A stretch of DNA of 64,000 bases from an uncultured delta proteobacterium (GTDB lineage: Bacteria > Desulfobacterota > Binatia > Binatales > Binataceae), in NCBI GenBank assembly GCA_963724765.1, contig CAVRVY010000003.1:800001-864000 (forward strand), written 5' to 3'. The notes beneath the pieces were generated by a model. That model saw only the letters and a program-made list of their open reading frames with translations, ran no database searches and was not told where the DNA came from. How positions within the stretch are numbered: the stretch's first letter is position 1; each line of letters starts with the position of its first letter. This document shows positions 38,943 through 49,961 of this stretch, piece after piece. A program made the translations under genes and the position numbers.

Positions 38943-41267
38943 ATGAGCCGTTATCAGGAGATATGCCGGCAGTTTTACGACAACTGGCTGCTCTTCGGTA
39001 ACCCGGCCGAACCCGGAATCGTGGCGGTCGAGGTCGTCGCCCCGGGCGAGGTCGAAATATATCGCCGCAGCGGCGCCACGCTAACGCGCGAGCGCCGTCC
39101 ACTTAAACTCTTTGCGCTGCTGGCGGAGCCCGGGATGCTCAACGGGCTGGGCGCGCCGTACAAGGTCGAGCCGCTCAAGGGCAACTTCCGTCTGCGATGG
39201 CTCGCGACCTTCGATCGCCTCGACGCGCTGGACGCCGCGCGGCGCCATCTGCGCATGCTCACCGGCAAATCGCCCGGCGTTTCCGACGCCCCCTACCTGG
39301 TCCTCACCGACCCGGTCGAGCAGTACCTCATCCTGAGCGGCACCACGTTTTTCATCGGAATGGAGTTCGGCGATCTCAGCCGGATGCAGCTCGATATCGA
39401 GACCTACATCAGCCCCGGCTTCGAGTTCCCGACCGCGGCGCGCGAGGGCGACCGCGTGATCGCGATCGCGCTCAGCGATTCGTCCGGCTACGAGCGCGTG
39501 TTGCGCGGCGACGAGATGGACGAACGCACGATGCTCGAGGAGCTGGTGCGGATCGTCGCCGAGCGCGACCCCGACGTGATCGAGGGCCATAACTTGTTCC
39601 GCTTCGACCTCGAGTATCTGGAGGCGCGCGCCCGGCGCCATCGCGTGAAGCTCGCGCTCGGCCGCGACCGCAGCGAGATGAGCGCGCGGGCCTCGCGCCT
39701 GCAAATCGCCGAGCGCTCGATCGCGTACCGCCGCTACGATATTCGCGGCCGCAGCATCATCGACACCTGGATCCTCGCCCAGCACTACGATATCGCGAGC
39801 CGCGAGCTCGAGGGTTTCGGGCTGAAGGAACTGGCGCAGCATTTTCACGTGGCTGCCGCCGACCGCGTCTATATCGACGCCGCGCGCGTGAGCGACTATT
39901 TCGACCATCGGCCCGAGGAGCTTTTCGCCTACGCGATGTGCGACGTGCGCGAGACCGCCGCGCTGGCCGAGATGCTTGCGCCCAGCTATTTCGTGCAGGC
40001 GCAGATTTTTCCGTACTCCTACCAGAACGTGGTGCTGCGCGGGAACGCGACCCGGATCGACGCGCTGCTGATGCGCGCCTACCTGGCCGCGCGCCATTCG
40101 ATTCCCGCTCCGCAGGAGCCGAGCGAAGTGATGGGCGGCTATACTGAGGTCCGCCGATGCGGCGTCGCGCGCCGCGTGCTGCATTGCGACGTGACCTCGC
40201 TGTACCCGTCGCTGATGCTGCATTACGGGCACGCGCCGGCGGGCGATCGGCTCGGCGTGTTCCTTAAAACGCTGGGCGACTTGCGCAGCTTCCGCATCCA
40301 GGCCAAGGCGGCCGTGCGCGAACTCGACGGCACGGCGCGGCGCAACCTCGAGGCGCTCCAGCAGACGTTCAAGATTCTCATCAACTCGTTCTACGGCTAC
40401 CTCGGCTTCTCGCTCGGCCACTTCAACGACTTCGCCCAGGCCAACGCCGTGACGCGCCGCGGGCGCGAGCTTATCCAGGCCGCCGTCGCCGCGCTGGAGG
40501 ACTGTGGCGCACAGGTGATCGAGGTCGACACCGACGGCATCTACTTCGTCGCGCCGCCCGGCGTCGACGACGAGCCTGCTGCGCAGAACCTGGTCGAGCG
40601 GATCGGCGCCGCGATGCCCGAGGGCGTGCGGCTTGAGATCGACGGGCGCTATCCCGCGATGTTCTCCTACAAGATGAAGAACTACGTGCTGCTCGAGGAA
40701 CCGGGCGAGATGACGATTCGCGGCTCGGGGCTGCGCTCGCGCGGCCTGGAGCGGTTTCAACGCCGCTTCATGGAGGAGCTGTTCCGCCTGATGCTGGAGC
40801 AACGCGCCGACGAAATCCCCGCGCTCTACGAGGACTGGCGCGAACGGCTGGCGCGCCACGCCTTCGGCATCGGCGAGTTGATGAAGACCGAGACGCTGCA
40901 GGACTCGCCCGAAACCTATCGCGACAAAATCGGCGGCAGGCGGCGCAACATCTCGGCCGCCTACGAACTGGCGCTCAAGGCCGGACGCCCGTACTTAAGC
41001 GGCGATCAGATTTCCTACTACGTCGCGGGCCGCGGGCTCAAAGTGAAGGTGAGCGCCGCGGCGCGCCTGGCGGTCGAGTACGACCGGGCCAATCCCGACG
41101 AAAACGTCGAGTACTACCAGGCCAAGCTCGCCGAGCTCTACGCCAAGTTCAAACCCTACGCAGAGCGGCGCGGCCTGTTCAGCCCCGCCGAAGTCGACGG
41201 CACCGACGAGGCACCGGAACAGCAGTCGCTGTTCGAGGATGCTGCCGTCGAAAAGGCGGGCAAATAA
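38943..41267 (+). CDS. Family B DNA polymerase with 3'-5' exonuclease
   Basis: DIET, HN..FD, Y...D; DVTSLYPS, KILINSFYG, DTDG; C-terminal QQSLF. Confidence 0.92.
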   Translation: MSRYQEICRQFYDNWLLFGNPAEPGIVAVEVVAPGEVEIYRRSGATLTRERRPLKLFALLAEPGMLNGLGAPYKVEPLKGNFRLRWLATFDRLDALDAARRHLRMLTGKSPGVSDAPYLVLTDPVEQYLILSGTTFFIGMEFGDLSRMQLDIETYISPGFEFPTAAREGDRVIAIALSDSSGYERVLRGDEMDERTMLEELVRIVAERDPDVIEGHNLFRFDLEYLEARARRHRVKLALGRDRSEMSARASRLQIAERSIAYRRYDIRGRSIIDTWILAQHYDIASRELEGFGLKELAQHFHVAAADRVYIDAARVSDYFDHRPEELFAYAMCDVRETAALAEMLAPSYFVQAQIFPYSYQNVVLRGNATRIDALLMRAYLAARHSIPAPQEPSEVMGGYTEVRRCGVARRVLHCDVTSLYPSLMLHYGHAPAGDRLGVFLKTLGDLRSFRIQAKAAVRELDGTARRNLEALQQTFKILINSFYGYLGFSLGHFNDFAQANAVTRRGRELIQAAVAALEDCGAQVIEVDTDGIYFVAPPGVDDEPAAQNLVERIGAAMPEGVRLEIDGRYPAMFSYKMKNYVLLEEPGEMTIRGSGLRSRGLERFQRRFMEELFRLMLEQRADEIPALYEDWRERLARHAFGIGELMKTETLQDSPETYRDKIGGRRRNISAAYELALKAGRPYLSGDQISYYVAGRGLKVKVSAAARLAVEYDRANPDENVEYYQAKLAELYAKFKPYAERRGLFSPAEVDGTDEAPEQQSLFEDAAVEKAGK

Positions 41268-41290
41268 TCCACGGATTGAGCGTGTCAGCG

Positions 41291-41488
41291 ATGAAACAGA
41301 AAATCGTTGGCTTCCATCAGGACGAGCACACCGACTGGGTGGCCGAGCTTCAGTGCGGACACACGCAACACGTGCGCCATCGTCCGCCCTGGCAGCAGCG
41401 TCCGTGGGTGACCACGGCCGAGGGCAGGCAGAGCCGGCTGGGCATCGAGCTCGAGTGCAAAAAATGCGACGAGGGCGAACCGGCGTAG
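41291..41488 (+). CDS. DUF3565 family protein
   Basis: IVGFHQDE..DWVAEL.CGH.QHVRH.PPW..RPWV. Confidence 0.85.
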   Translation: MKQKIVGFHQDEHTDWVAELQCGHTQHVRHRPPWQQRPWVTTAEGRQSRLGIELECKKCDEGEPA

Positions 41489-41559
41489 CGGCTTCGGCTC
41501 GTGGCTTATGTGGTGAAGCTCGCCTTCGTTAAATAAAGTTCTTCGATTCATAACAGGAC

Positions 41560-42470
41560 TCATGGACGCGAGTAGGGCTCGCCCAGTGCGCTCGGCGCGT
41601 CGGCCTGGCCACCGAAACCCGCCAGCACCACCAGCGTCAGCGCATACGGCAGCGCCAGGAACACCTGGTACGGCATGGAGGTACCGAGCGCCTGCAAGCC
41701 GAACTGCAGCGCCATAGCCGCGCCGAACAGCACCGCGGCCGCCGCGCATCCCCACGCCTTCCAGCGCCCCAGGATCACCACCGCCAGCGCGACGAAGCCG
41801 CGGCCGGCCGACTGCCCTCGACGAAAGTGCCCGCGTAGGCAAGCGTCAAAAACGCGCCGCCCAGTCCCGTAAGCACACCCGCGAAGAGCAGCGCCTCCCA
41901 TCGCAGCCGATACACGCCGAGCCCGAGTGCGTCGGCCGCCTCGGGCCGCTCGCCCGCCGCGCGCAGCCGCAATCCGTAGCGCGTGCGCGAGATCACCAGC
42001 GACAGCAGCGGCACCATCGCGAACGTCATGTACACCAGCACGTTCTGATCAAAGAACGCGCGGCCGACGATCGGGATACGCGCGAGCGGTCCCAGCGCCA
42101 CCGCACCGAACTGCCGCACCACGAATGCGCTGCCGGTGACGCCGAACATATGGCGGTAGAAGACGCCGGTCAGCCCGAGCGCGAGGATATCGAGCGCGGT
42201 GCCGGCCACCACCTGGTTCACCGCAAGGTTGACGACCAACAGCGCCAGCAGCGCGTTGAGCGCGACGGCCGCGGCGACTCCCGCCAGCAATCCGAGCGCA
42301 AGGTTGCCGCTGAAGTAGGCCGCCGCCAGCGCGAAGAACGCCCCGGCCAGCATCGAGCCCTCGATACCGATATTGATCACGCCGCTTTGCTCGACCAGCA
42401 ACTCGCCGAGCGCCGCGAGCAGGATCGGCGTCGCCATCGCGACCGTCGAGGCCAAAAACGCCTCAAGCAT
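41560..42470 (-). pseudogene. Nucleoside/sugar ABC permease with a 1 bp deletion
   Basis: EG[M]SAGRGFVALA broken at 41812/41813; restoring one base joins the two track ORFs. Confidence 0.85.
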
Positions 42471-43553
42471 CGCGGCCGCTCCCGGCTATCGCGCCGGCTC
42501 CAGGAGCCGTCGCGCGCGCCGCGCCGCCGCCGCGCCATAGCGCGCCGCTCAATCCCGCCCATGCCCGGGTGTCGAAGGCGAGCAGTATCAGGATCACCAT
42601 CCCCTGGATCACCTGCACCAGCTCCGGCGATACGCCCTGGCTGCGTTGCATCGCCTGCGAGCCGTTGTCGAGCGCCCGAATAGCAGCGCGGTCAGCATCA
42701 CGCCGAGCGGGTTGAGCCGCGCGACCAGCGCCACCGCGATCGCCTCGTAACCCCATCCGGGCGAGAAACTCTCGTACAGCCGATGCGTGATCGCCGAGAC
42801 CTGGACCGCGCCGCCCAGGCCGGCCAGCGCCCCGCTAAACGCCATCGTCGCTATCCCCAGCCGCGCGACTGGAATACCGAAGAAAGCCGCGACGCGCCGG
42901 TTGCGGCCCATCGCGCGCAACTCGAAGCCGCCGCGGCTATGGAAGAGCCAGAGCCACGACCCGAGCGCCAGCGCCACCGCGAGAATCATCCCGGCGTTGA
43001 GCCGGCTCGGCGGCGCGAACGTCCATAGCTCGGCGGCGCGTGCGATGGGCGCGCTCTTGGGATATGAGCGCGAGGGCTCGATTAGCGGACCGTGCACAGC
43101 GTAGCTCAGGAGCTGCACGGCGACGAAGTTGAGCATGATGGTACTGATGACTTCGCTCACCGCGCGCCGCTCGTGAAGCCATCCGCAAATTCCGCTCCAT
43201 AGTGCGCCGCCCGCCGCACCGGCCAGGAGCACCAGCGCCACGGCCAGCGGCCGGGGCCATCCGTGAAGCGCAATTCCCAGCGCGCCCGCGGCGAGCGCGC
43301 CCACCAGCAACTGGCCCTCGGCGCCGATATTCCACAGCGCCCCGCGAAAGGCGATCGACACCGCCAGCCCGGTGAAGACGAGCGGCGTGGTCTTGACCAG
43401 CGTGTCAGTGGCGGCGAGCCAGTTGCCGAACGCGCCCTCCCAGAGCGCGGCGAAGACGTCGAACGGCGAAGCGCCGAGTGCGAACAGGATAAGCGAGATG
43501 ATCGCGGCCGAGAGCGCGAGCGCCGCGACAGGCTTGCCGAGCCGGGCGAGCAT
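42463..43553 (-). pseudogene. Nucleoside/sugar ABC permease with a 1 bp deletion
   Basis: NIGAEGQ motif; LFG[A]LDNG broken at the C run 42675-42677. Confidence 0.85.
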
Positions 43554-43734
43554 CAGGGCGCGACGTTAGCCGGATCGCGCGGTTTCACCAACCCCGGGGC
43601 AGATGTCGCGTTGAATCTTTCGCAGCGGCCGTTCGTGAACGGCTCTATGCGCGGGCGAGGGCTCAGAAGAGAGACGCAGACGAATCGAATGTGGGGCTCA
43701 TCCAAGTGCGATGCTTGCGATGAGCCGCGGCGCA

Positions 43735-45117
43735 TCATCCGCCGGGCTTCTTCGTGCTTTCCGATAGGCGCTTGCCGCTCTTGCGCGCGAGTCTCGCGCG
43801 TTCCAGATATTCGCCCAACCGCCCTTCATAGCCCCGTTCGGAAGGTTCGTAGTAGCGCCGCTCGCCCAATTCGTCGGGCAGGTACTGCTGCTCGTTGAGA
43901 GCGCCCTCGGAGTCGTGCGGATAACGGTAGCCCTCGCCATAGCCAAGCTTGCGCATCAAACCCGTCGGCGCGTTGCGCAGATGGAGCGGCACCGGCAGCG
44001 CGCCGCGCTCGACGGCGTCCGCGCGCGCGTTCAGCATCCCGCGATACGACGCATTGGATTTGGGCGCGCAGGCGAGGTAAGTGACGCCCTGGGCAAGCGG
44101 AATCGCACCCTCCGGCATCCCGACGAAATCGACCGCGTCCTTCACCGCGAGCGCGAGTTGGAGCGCACGCGGGTCGGCGTTGCCGACGTCCTCGGCCGCG
44201 AAAATCACCATCCGCCGCGCGACGAACAGCGGATCCTCGCCAGCCTCCAGCATCCGCGTCATCCAGTACAGCGCCGCGTCCGGGTCGCTGCCGCGCATGC
44301 TCTTGATGAAGGCCGAGATGACGTTGTAGTGCTCCTCGCCGGCGCGGTCGTAGAGCAGCATTTTCTGCTGCGCCGCCTCGCGCACGTGCTCGGGCGCGAT
44401 CGCCGTGCGGCCCGCCGCGCGCGCCAGCGTCGCCGCGACCTCCAGCGTGTTGAGCGCGCGCCGCGCGTCGCCCGCGCCAAAGCGCACCAGCTCGGCGAGC
44501 GCCTCGTCCTCGAAGGTGAGCCCGCTTGCGCCCAACCCGCGCTCGGTGTCGCCGAGCGCGCGGCGCAAAATCGCCGCGATATCCTCGTCGCCGAGCGCGC
44601 GCAGCACCAGCACGCGAGTGCGCGAGAGCAGCGGCGCGATTACTTCGAAGGAGGGATTCTCGGTGGTCGCGCCGATGAGCGTGATGAGTCCGCTTTCGAC
44701 GTGGGGCAGGATCGCGTCCTGCTGCGCGCGGTTCCATCGATGAATCTCGTCGATGAAAACCACCGTGCGCCGGCCGCCGGCTTCCAGTTCTCGGCCCGCC
44801 TCCTCGACCGCCTCGCGCAACTCGGCGATTCCCGCCGACACGGCCGCGATCGTGCGAAAGCCCGCGCCGGACTGGCGCGCGAGCAAAAGCGCGATCGTGG
44901 TCTTGCCGCTGCCCGGCGGCCCCCACAGGATGATCGACGGCAGCGCGCCCGCCGCGAGCATCCGCCCGAGCATCTTGTCGGGGCCAAGCAGGTGCTCCTG
45001 GCCGACGACCTCGTCGAGGCTCCGCGGGCGCATCCGGTCCGCCAACGGCTGGGCAGCCGGCGTCCTGGCGGGAAAGAGACCTGGCTCTGGAGGGGTTTTG
45101 CTGCGCCGCCCGGCCAT
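43735..45117 (-). CDS. rarA: Replication-associated recombination protein A
   Basis: PLADRMRP, GPPGSGKTT, DEIHR, GATTENP, SAFIKSMRGSD. Confidence 0.96.
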   Translation of the reverse strand: MAGRRSKTPPEPGLFPARTPAAQPLADRMRPRSLDEVVGQEHLLGPDKMLGRMLAAGALPSIILWGPPGSGKTTIALLLARQSGAGFRTIAAVSAGIAELREAVEEAGRELEAGGRRTVVFIDEIHRWNRAQQDAILPHVESGLITLIGATTENPSFEVIAPLLSRTRVLVLRALGDEDIAAILRRALGDTERGLGASGLTFEDEALAELVRFGAGDARRALNTLEVAATLARAAGRTAIAPEHVREAAQQKMLLYDRAGEEHYNVISAFIKSMRGSDPDAALYWMTRMLEAGEDPLFVARRMVIFAAEDVGNADPRALQLALAVKDAVDFVGMPEGAIPLAQGVTYLACAPKSNASYRGMLNARADAVERGALPVPLHLRNAPTGLMRKLGYGEGYRYPHDSEGALNEQQYLPDELGERRYYEPSERGYEGRLGEYLERARLARKSGKRLSESTKKPGG

Positions 45118-45259
45118 AGCCGACCGTAGCACAGCGGCGTTGCCGGCCGCATCCGGCGCGCTATTCGCCGGGCCAAGCATGCGACCGACCTGTTTGCCAG
45201 CGGGTCACGCGTATTCTAGTTTTGAAGGACGGGCCGGACGCGGGCGCCGGCACCATTTA

Positions 45260-46075
45260 ATGATCGTCGGAATCGATATCGGCGGATCGACCACTGACGC
45301 GGTAACGGTCGACAATGGCGACTACCACGTCGTCACGATCGAGGCGAATGATCCGGTGGCGGCGGCGGCGGGCGCGCTCGGCAAACTGGTCGAAGAATAT
45401 GGACTCAAACTTGACCAGGTGGCCTGCGTGGCGGCCACCGGAGCGGGCTCGCGTGCGCTCTCGGCGACGCTGCTCGGCCGGCCGGTGGTCAAGGTGAGCG
45501 AGTTCACGGCGATCGGAATCGGCGGCACGTCGCTGTGCGGCAAAGCTGACGCGTTGGTGGTGTCGCTCGGCACAGGGACCGCGATGGTCTCAGTGCACGG
45601 CGACAAGATCGAGCACTTTGGCGGCACCGGTCTCGGCGGCGGCACGTTGCGCGGACTTTCCAAGCACATGCTCGGCGTGTCGACGTTGCAAACGCTGGAG
45701 GCGTTGGCGGAGCGGGGCGACTTGAGCCGTATCGACCTCACCGTGCGCGACATCGCGGGCGGCCCGCTGGGCGACTTGCAGCCTGGCGCCACCGCGGCCA
45801 ACTTCGGCAAGATCGGCGCCGATGCGACCAACGAGGACAAGGCGCTCGCGATCATGAATATGATCGTCGAAGTGGTAAGTGTGCTGAGCTTCGCGACCGC
45901 GCGCGCCTGCGACCAGCGCGATATCGTGCTGACCGGCAAGCTGACTCGGATCTTCCGTTTCATGCAGCGCCAAAAGCGGATGGACGCGATGTTCGCGCGC
46001 TTCACGATTCCCGAGCACGCTGACTACGCAACCGCGATTGGCGCGGCCCGCGCCGCCGGCGGCCCCAACCGCTGA
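45260..46075 (+). CDS. Type II pantothenate kinase-like (Fumble family)
   Basis: GIDIGGSTT, ATGAG, EF, GTG, GGTGLGGGT, ANFGK. Confidence 0.85.
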   Translation: MIVGIDIGGSTTDAVTVDNGDYHVVTIEANDPVAAAAGALGKLVEEYGLKLDQVACVAATGAGSRALSATLLGRPVVKVSEFTAIGIGGTSLCGKADALVVSLGTGTAMVSVHGDKIEHFGGTGLGGGTLRGLSKHMLGVSTLQTLEALAERGDLSRIDLTVRDIAGGPLGDLQPGATAANFGKIGADATNEDKALAIMNMIVEVVSVLSFATARACDQRDIVLTGKLTRIFRFMQRQKRMDAMFARFTIPEHADYATAIGAARAAGGPNR

Positions 46076-46136
46076 GCGCTACGGCGCGCCGCGTTTTCGT
46101 GCCCCCGTGACCGCTCTTCCCGCAACAGGAGTATCG

Positions 46137-47399
46137 ATGGGCTCGGAACTGCTCAGCGGATTCAGGATGCTCGACCTCGCCGACGAAAAAGGCGCGCTCT
46201 GCGGCAAAATTTTCGCCGACATGGGTGCCGACGTGATCAAGGTCGAGCCGCCGCAGGGATGCCCGACGCGGCGCGTCCCGCCGTTCGTCGACGACCTGCC
46301 GGACGCCGAGCGCAGCCTGTTTTTCATCGCCTACCAGGCTGGCAAGCGCTCAGTGACGCTGAACCTCGACTCGCCCGACGGCCGCCCGCTGCTCGAAGAC
46401 CTCGTGCGTAAATCCGACTTCCTGCTGGAGTCGTTCCCGGTCGGCTATATGGAATCGATCGGCCTGGGCTATGAGCGGCTCGCCGAGCTCAATCCGCGAA
46501 TAATTCATACTTCGATCACGCCGTTTGGCGACACGGGTCCGGGCAGGAACTATAAGGCCGCCGACATCGTCGCGTGGGCCTCGGGCGGCCCGATGTTCCT
46601 GATGGGCGATGAGGGCAGGCCGCCGCTGGAGATGAGCCTGCCGCAGGCCGGACTGCACGCCGGCGCCGAGGCCGCGGTCGCCTCGCTGCTCGCGCACTAC
46701 CCGCGCGAGATTGAGGGTAAAGGCCAGCGCGTCGTGATCGACATGCAAGCCTGCGTTTTGTGGACGCTGATGAATGAGCAGGCGATGCCGATCCTGCACG
46801 GCGACTACATCAGGCGCAGCGGCGTCTACTACACGGCGATCGGTACGCGGCGCAAACTTATCTACTCCTGCAAGGACGGCTACATCTCTACCGTGCTGGC
46901 CGGCGGCTCCGGCGTCGGCGCGCTCTCGATGAAAGGGATGGTCGAATGGATGACCCCCGGCGGGTTCGCCGCGGACTGGATGATCGCGAAGGACTGGGCA
47001 ATCTGGGTGCCGGGAATCCTGATGAAGGCGAGCGCGCAGGACTACGCGGAGATTGCCGACCTCGAAGATCGAGTGCAGCGCTTTTTCAACACGATGACCA
47101 AGCGCGAGATTTACGCCGAGGCGCTCAAGCGGCGCATCCTGCTGGCTCCCGTAGCGACCGCCGCCGATATCGCGGATGACGACCAGTTAAAGGCGCGCAA
47201 CTACTTCGTGCGCGTGGAGCACGACACGCTCGGCCGCACGCTGACGCTGCCCGGCGCGTTCGCCAAGTTCAGCGTGACGCCGGTCGGCCCGGGACGCCGC
47301 GCGCCGCGCCTGGGCGAGCACAACGGCGAGGTCTGGGGCGAGCTTCTGGGAATCGACGGCGCACGCCTGGGCCGCCTGCGCGCAATCGGCGCGATCTGA
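46137..47399 (+). CDS. Class III CoA-transferase, BbsE-like subunit
   Basis: GADVIKVEPP, GKRS; catalytic Asp position appears replaced. Confidence 0.85.
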   Translation: MGSELLSGFRMLDLADEKGALCGKIFADMGADVIKVEPPQGCPTRRVPPFVDDLPDAERSLFFIAYQAGKRSVTLNLDSPDGRPLLEDLVRKSDFLLESFPVGYMESIGLGYERLAELNPRIIHTSITPFGDTGPGRNYKAADIVAWASGGPMFLMGDEGRPPLEMSLPQAGLHAGAEAAVASLLAHYPREIEGKGQRVVIDMQACVLWTLMNEQAMPILHGDYIRRSGVYYTAIGTRRKLIYSCKDGYISTVLAGGSGVGALSMKGMVEWMTPGGFAADWMIAKDWAIWVPGILMKASAQDYAEIADLEDRVQRFFNTMTKREIYAEALKRRILLAPVATAADIADDDQLKARNYFVRVEHDTLGRTLTLPGAFAKFSVTPVGPGRRAPRLGEHNGEVWGELLGIDGARLGRLRAIGAI

Positions 47400-47426
47400 G
47401 CCATTGCGATGAGTGGAGTAGCTACG

Positions 47427-48647
47427 ATGAGACGTTACGCGCTGGAGGGAGTGCACGTACTCGACTTCTCCTGGGTGGGAGTTGGGCCGATTACGACCAA
47501 GTACCTGGCCGACAATGGCGCCGACGTAATCCGGGTCGAGTCGCTGGCGCGGCCCGACATCCTGCGCCTCGCGCCGCCCTGGAAGGATGCCCAGCCCGGC
47601 ATCGACACGAGCCAGTTCTTCGCCAGCTTCAACACTTCGAAACGAAGTATCACGCTGGATTTCAGCAAGCCCAGGGCGCGCGAGCTGGTGCTGAAGCTGC
47701 TGCCGTGGGCCGACATCGTGGCCGAGAGCTTCACGCCCAAGGCGCTGCGCAAGTGGGACCTCGACTACGAGCATCTGCGCACGCTCAAGCCCGACCTCAT
47801 CATGCTTTCCACCTGCATGCAGGGTCAGACCGGCCCCAACGCGCTCTACCCTGGGTTCGGTCAATTGATGGCGGCGCTTAGCGGCTACTACCACATCTCC
47901 GGATACTCGTCCGGCGAGCCGCCGTGTCCGCCGTACGGTGCGTATACCGATTTCATCGCGCCGCGATTTGCGGCCTGTGCGCTGCTGGCCGCGCTCGACT
48001 ATCGCCGGCGTACAGGGCGTGGACAATATATCGATATGTCGCAATACGAGGCCGCGCTCCACAACCTAGCACCGGCGCTAATCGACTACTTCTCGAGCGG
48101 CCGCGTGGCGGAGCCTACTGGCAACCGCTCCGAGCGCTACGCGCCCCACGGCGCATATCGATGCGCCGACGTCGACGGCCAGGAGCGATGGCTGGCGCTG
48201 GCGGTCGCCAGCGAACAAGAGTGGCAGGCGATGCTCGGCGCGCTAGGCGACCCCCCCGCCGATTCGCGCTTCTCCACGATGGCGGCGCGGATGGAGAATC
48301 GCGCGGCGCTCGACGAGTTCGTCGGCGCGCTGGTGCGCGAGCGCGACGCTGACGCGCTGACCGCGGCGCTGCAGGCTGCCGGGGTCTCGGCTTACCCGGT
48401 GCAGAACTGCGTCGATATCCATCGCGACGACAATCTCGAGGCCTTCGGCTTCTGGCATTGGCTCGATCACAAGGTGATGGGCCCGTCGCCATACGAGGGG
48501 CTGGCGTATCGGATGAGCCGCACGCCGGGCGAGTTGCGCACACCGGCGCCGGCGCTCGGCCAGCACAACGACGAGGTGTTCGGGGAGATGCTGGGGCTCG
48601 ACGCGGCCGAGATCGCGCGGCTCAAAGAGGAGCGGGTGATCTTTTGA
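47427..48647 (+). CDS. Class III CoA-transferase, BbsF-like subunit
   Basis: VGP, GADVIRVES, YTD catalytic Asp, GRGQYIDMSQ. Confidence 0.88.
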   Translation: MRRYALEGVHVLDFSWVGVGPITTKYLADNGADVIRVESLARPDILRLAPPWKDAQPGIDTSQFFASFNTSKRSITLDFSKPRARELVLKLLPWADIVAESFTPKALRKWDLDYEHLRTLKPDLIMLSTCMQGQTGPNALYPGFGQLMAALSGYYHISGYSSGEPPCPPYGAYTDFIAPRFAACALLAALDYRRRTGRGQYIDMSQYEAALHNLAPALIDYFSSGRVAEPTGNRSERYAPHGAYRCADVDGQERWLALAVASEQEWQAMLGALGDPPADSRFSTMAARMENRAALDEFVGALVRERDADALTAALQAAGVSAYPVQNCVDIHRDDNLEAFGFWHWLDHKVMGPSPYEGLAYRMSRTPGELRTPAPALGQHNDEVFGEMLGLDAAEIARLKEERVIF

Positions 48648-48701
48648 ACGCCCGCGACGGTCAGCGCCGGAGCGCGCCGGCGCATCGCAAGGGAGCCTGA
48701 T

Positions 48702-49961
48702 TTGCGCTTCGAGCTGATGATCGCGATGCGCTATCTGCGCGCGCGCCGCAGGGACGCGTTCATCTCAATCACCACGATGTTCACGGCGGTGGGGGTTACG
48801 ATCGGCGTGGCCGCGCTGGTCGTGATGCTGGCCGTGATGAGCGGATTCGAGACCAATCTGCGCCAGCGGATGCTCAGCCTGAGCCCGCAGGTGCAGGTGC
48901 AAAGCTTCGGCGGCTCAATCTCCGATTACGCAACCCTGCAGAGCCGTATCGACCATACGGCCGGCGTCGCCGGGTCGGACCCGTTTATCGTGGGCCAGGG
49001 TCTCGTCAGCTCGGCGCACGGGATTTCGGGCGTGATGGTGCGCGGCATTGAGCCGCACAACCCGGTCGTCATATCGCAACTTCAGCACTACGTCGACGCT
49101 GCGTCATTGCGGATGCTCGAGAGCGGCGCCTCGACGAACGCCGGCGGCGCCGGCAGCGGGGGAGCCCATCCGGTCGCCGGCCTGCTGCTCGGCGCGACGC
49201 TGGCCGACAAGCTGAAGGTCAAGCCTGGCGATCCGGTGCGAATCGTGGCGCCGATAATCGCAGGCGCCAATTCCCAGCTCAGCACGCGCAGCGCCGATTT
49301 CCGGGTCGCGGCGATTTTCAATTCGGGCGTGCAGTTCATCGATAGCGACGTGATCTTCATGGGACTCGCCGGGGCGCAGGACTTCTTCGGACGCGCGGGC
49401 AAGGCCGACGGAATCGAGGTGAAGCTGCATGACCTCGACCAGACGATGGCGGTCACCGACGCACTGCGCAGCATGCTCGGCCACACCTTTCGGGTAAGCA
49501 ACTGGATGGAGTACGACCAGGCGGCGTCGGCCGGGTTCGCGATGCTCAAGAAGCTCTATGCGATGGTGCTGCTGCTGCTGATCGGGGTCGCGGCATTCAA
49601 CCTGATCGCGACGCTAATCATGGTCGTGATGGAAAAGCGCAAGGACATCGCGGTGCTGCTGGCGATGGGCGCGACGCCGGCCGAGGTGCGATGGATTTTC
49701 CAGCTCAAGGGGATAATCGTCGGCGCCGCGGGGACCGCCCTGGGGCTGGCTATCGGGGCGCTTACCTGCTTTGCGCTCGCTCGCTACCAGTTCATCCATA
49801 TCCCGAGCAAAATTTACGGCATTTCGACTCTGCCGATCGACGCCGAGCCGGTCAGTTTCGTGTTGGTGGCGATAGCCTCGATGGTGCTGTGCTACCTGGC
49901 GACGATTTATCCGGCCAGGCAAGCCTCGCGCGAGACGCCGGTCGAGGTCTTTCGCTCATAG
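48702..49961 (+). CDS. Lipoprotein-releasing ABC permease LolC/E family
   Basis: RYLR, IGVAAL...AVMSGF, VAAFN...EKRKDIA.L..MGA, YPA. Confidence 0.9.
   Translation: MRFELMIAMRYLRARRRDAFISITTMFTAVGVTIGVAALVVMLAVMSGFETNLRQRMLSLSPQVQVQSFGGSISDYATLQSRIDHTAGVAGSDPFIVGQGLVSSAHGISGVMVRGIEPHNPVVISQLQHYVDAASLRMLESGASTNAGGAGSGGAHPVAGLLLGATLADKLKVKPGDPVRIVAPIIAGANSQLSTRSADFRVAAIFNSGVQFIDSDVIFMGLAGAQDFFGRAGKADGIEVKLHDLDQTMAVTDALRSMLGHTFRVSNWMEYDQAASAGFAMLKKLYAMVLLLLIGVAAFNLIATLIMVVMEKRKDIAVLLAMGATPAEVRWIFQLKGIIVGAAGTALGLAIGALTCFALARYQFIHIPSKIYGISTLPIDAEPVSFVLVAIASMVLCYLATIYPARQASRETPVEVFRS

Noticed and set aside
39081-40859. 592 aa minus-strand ORF (likewise 35598-36647, 43915-45129, 22459-23733)
   Set aside because: Shadows of PolB, rpoD, rarA and dnaN with no motifs of their own
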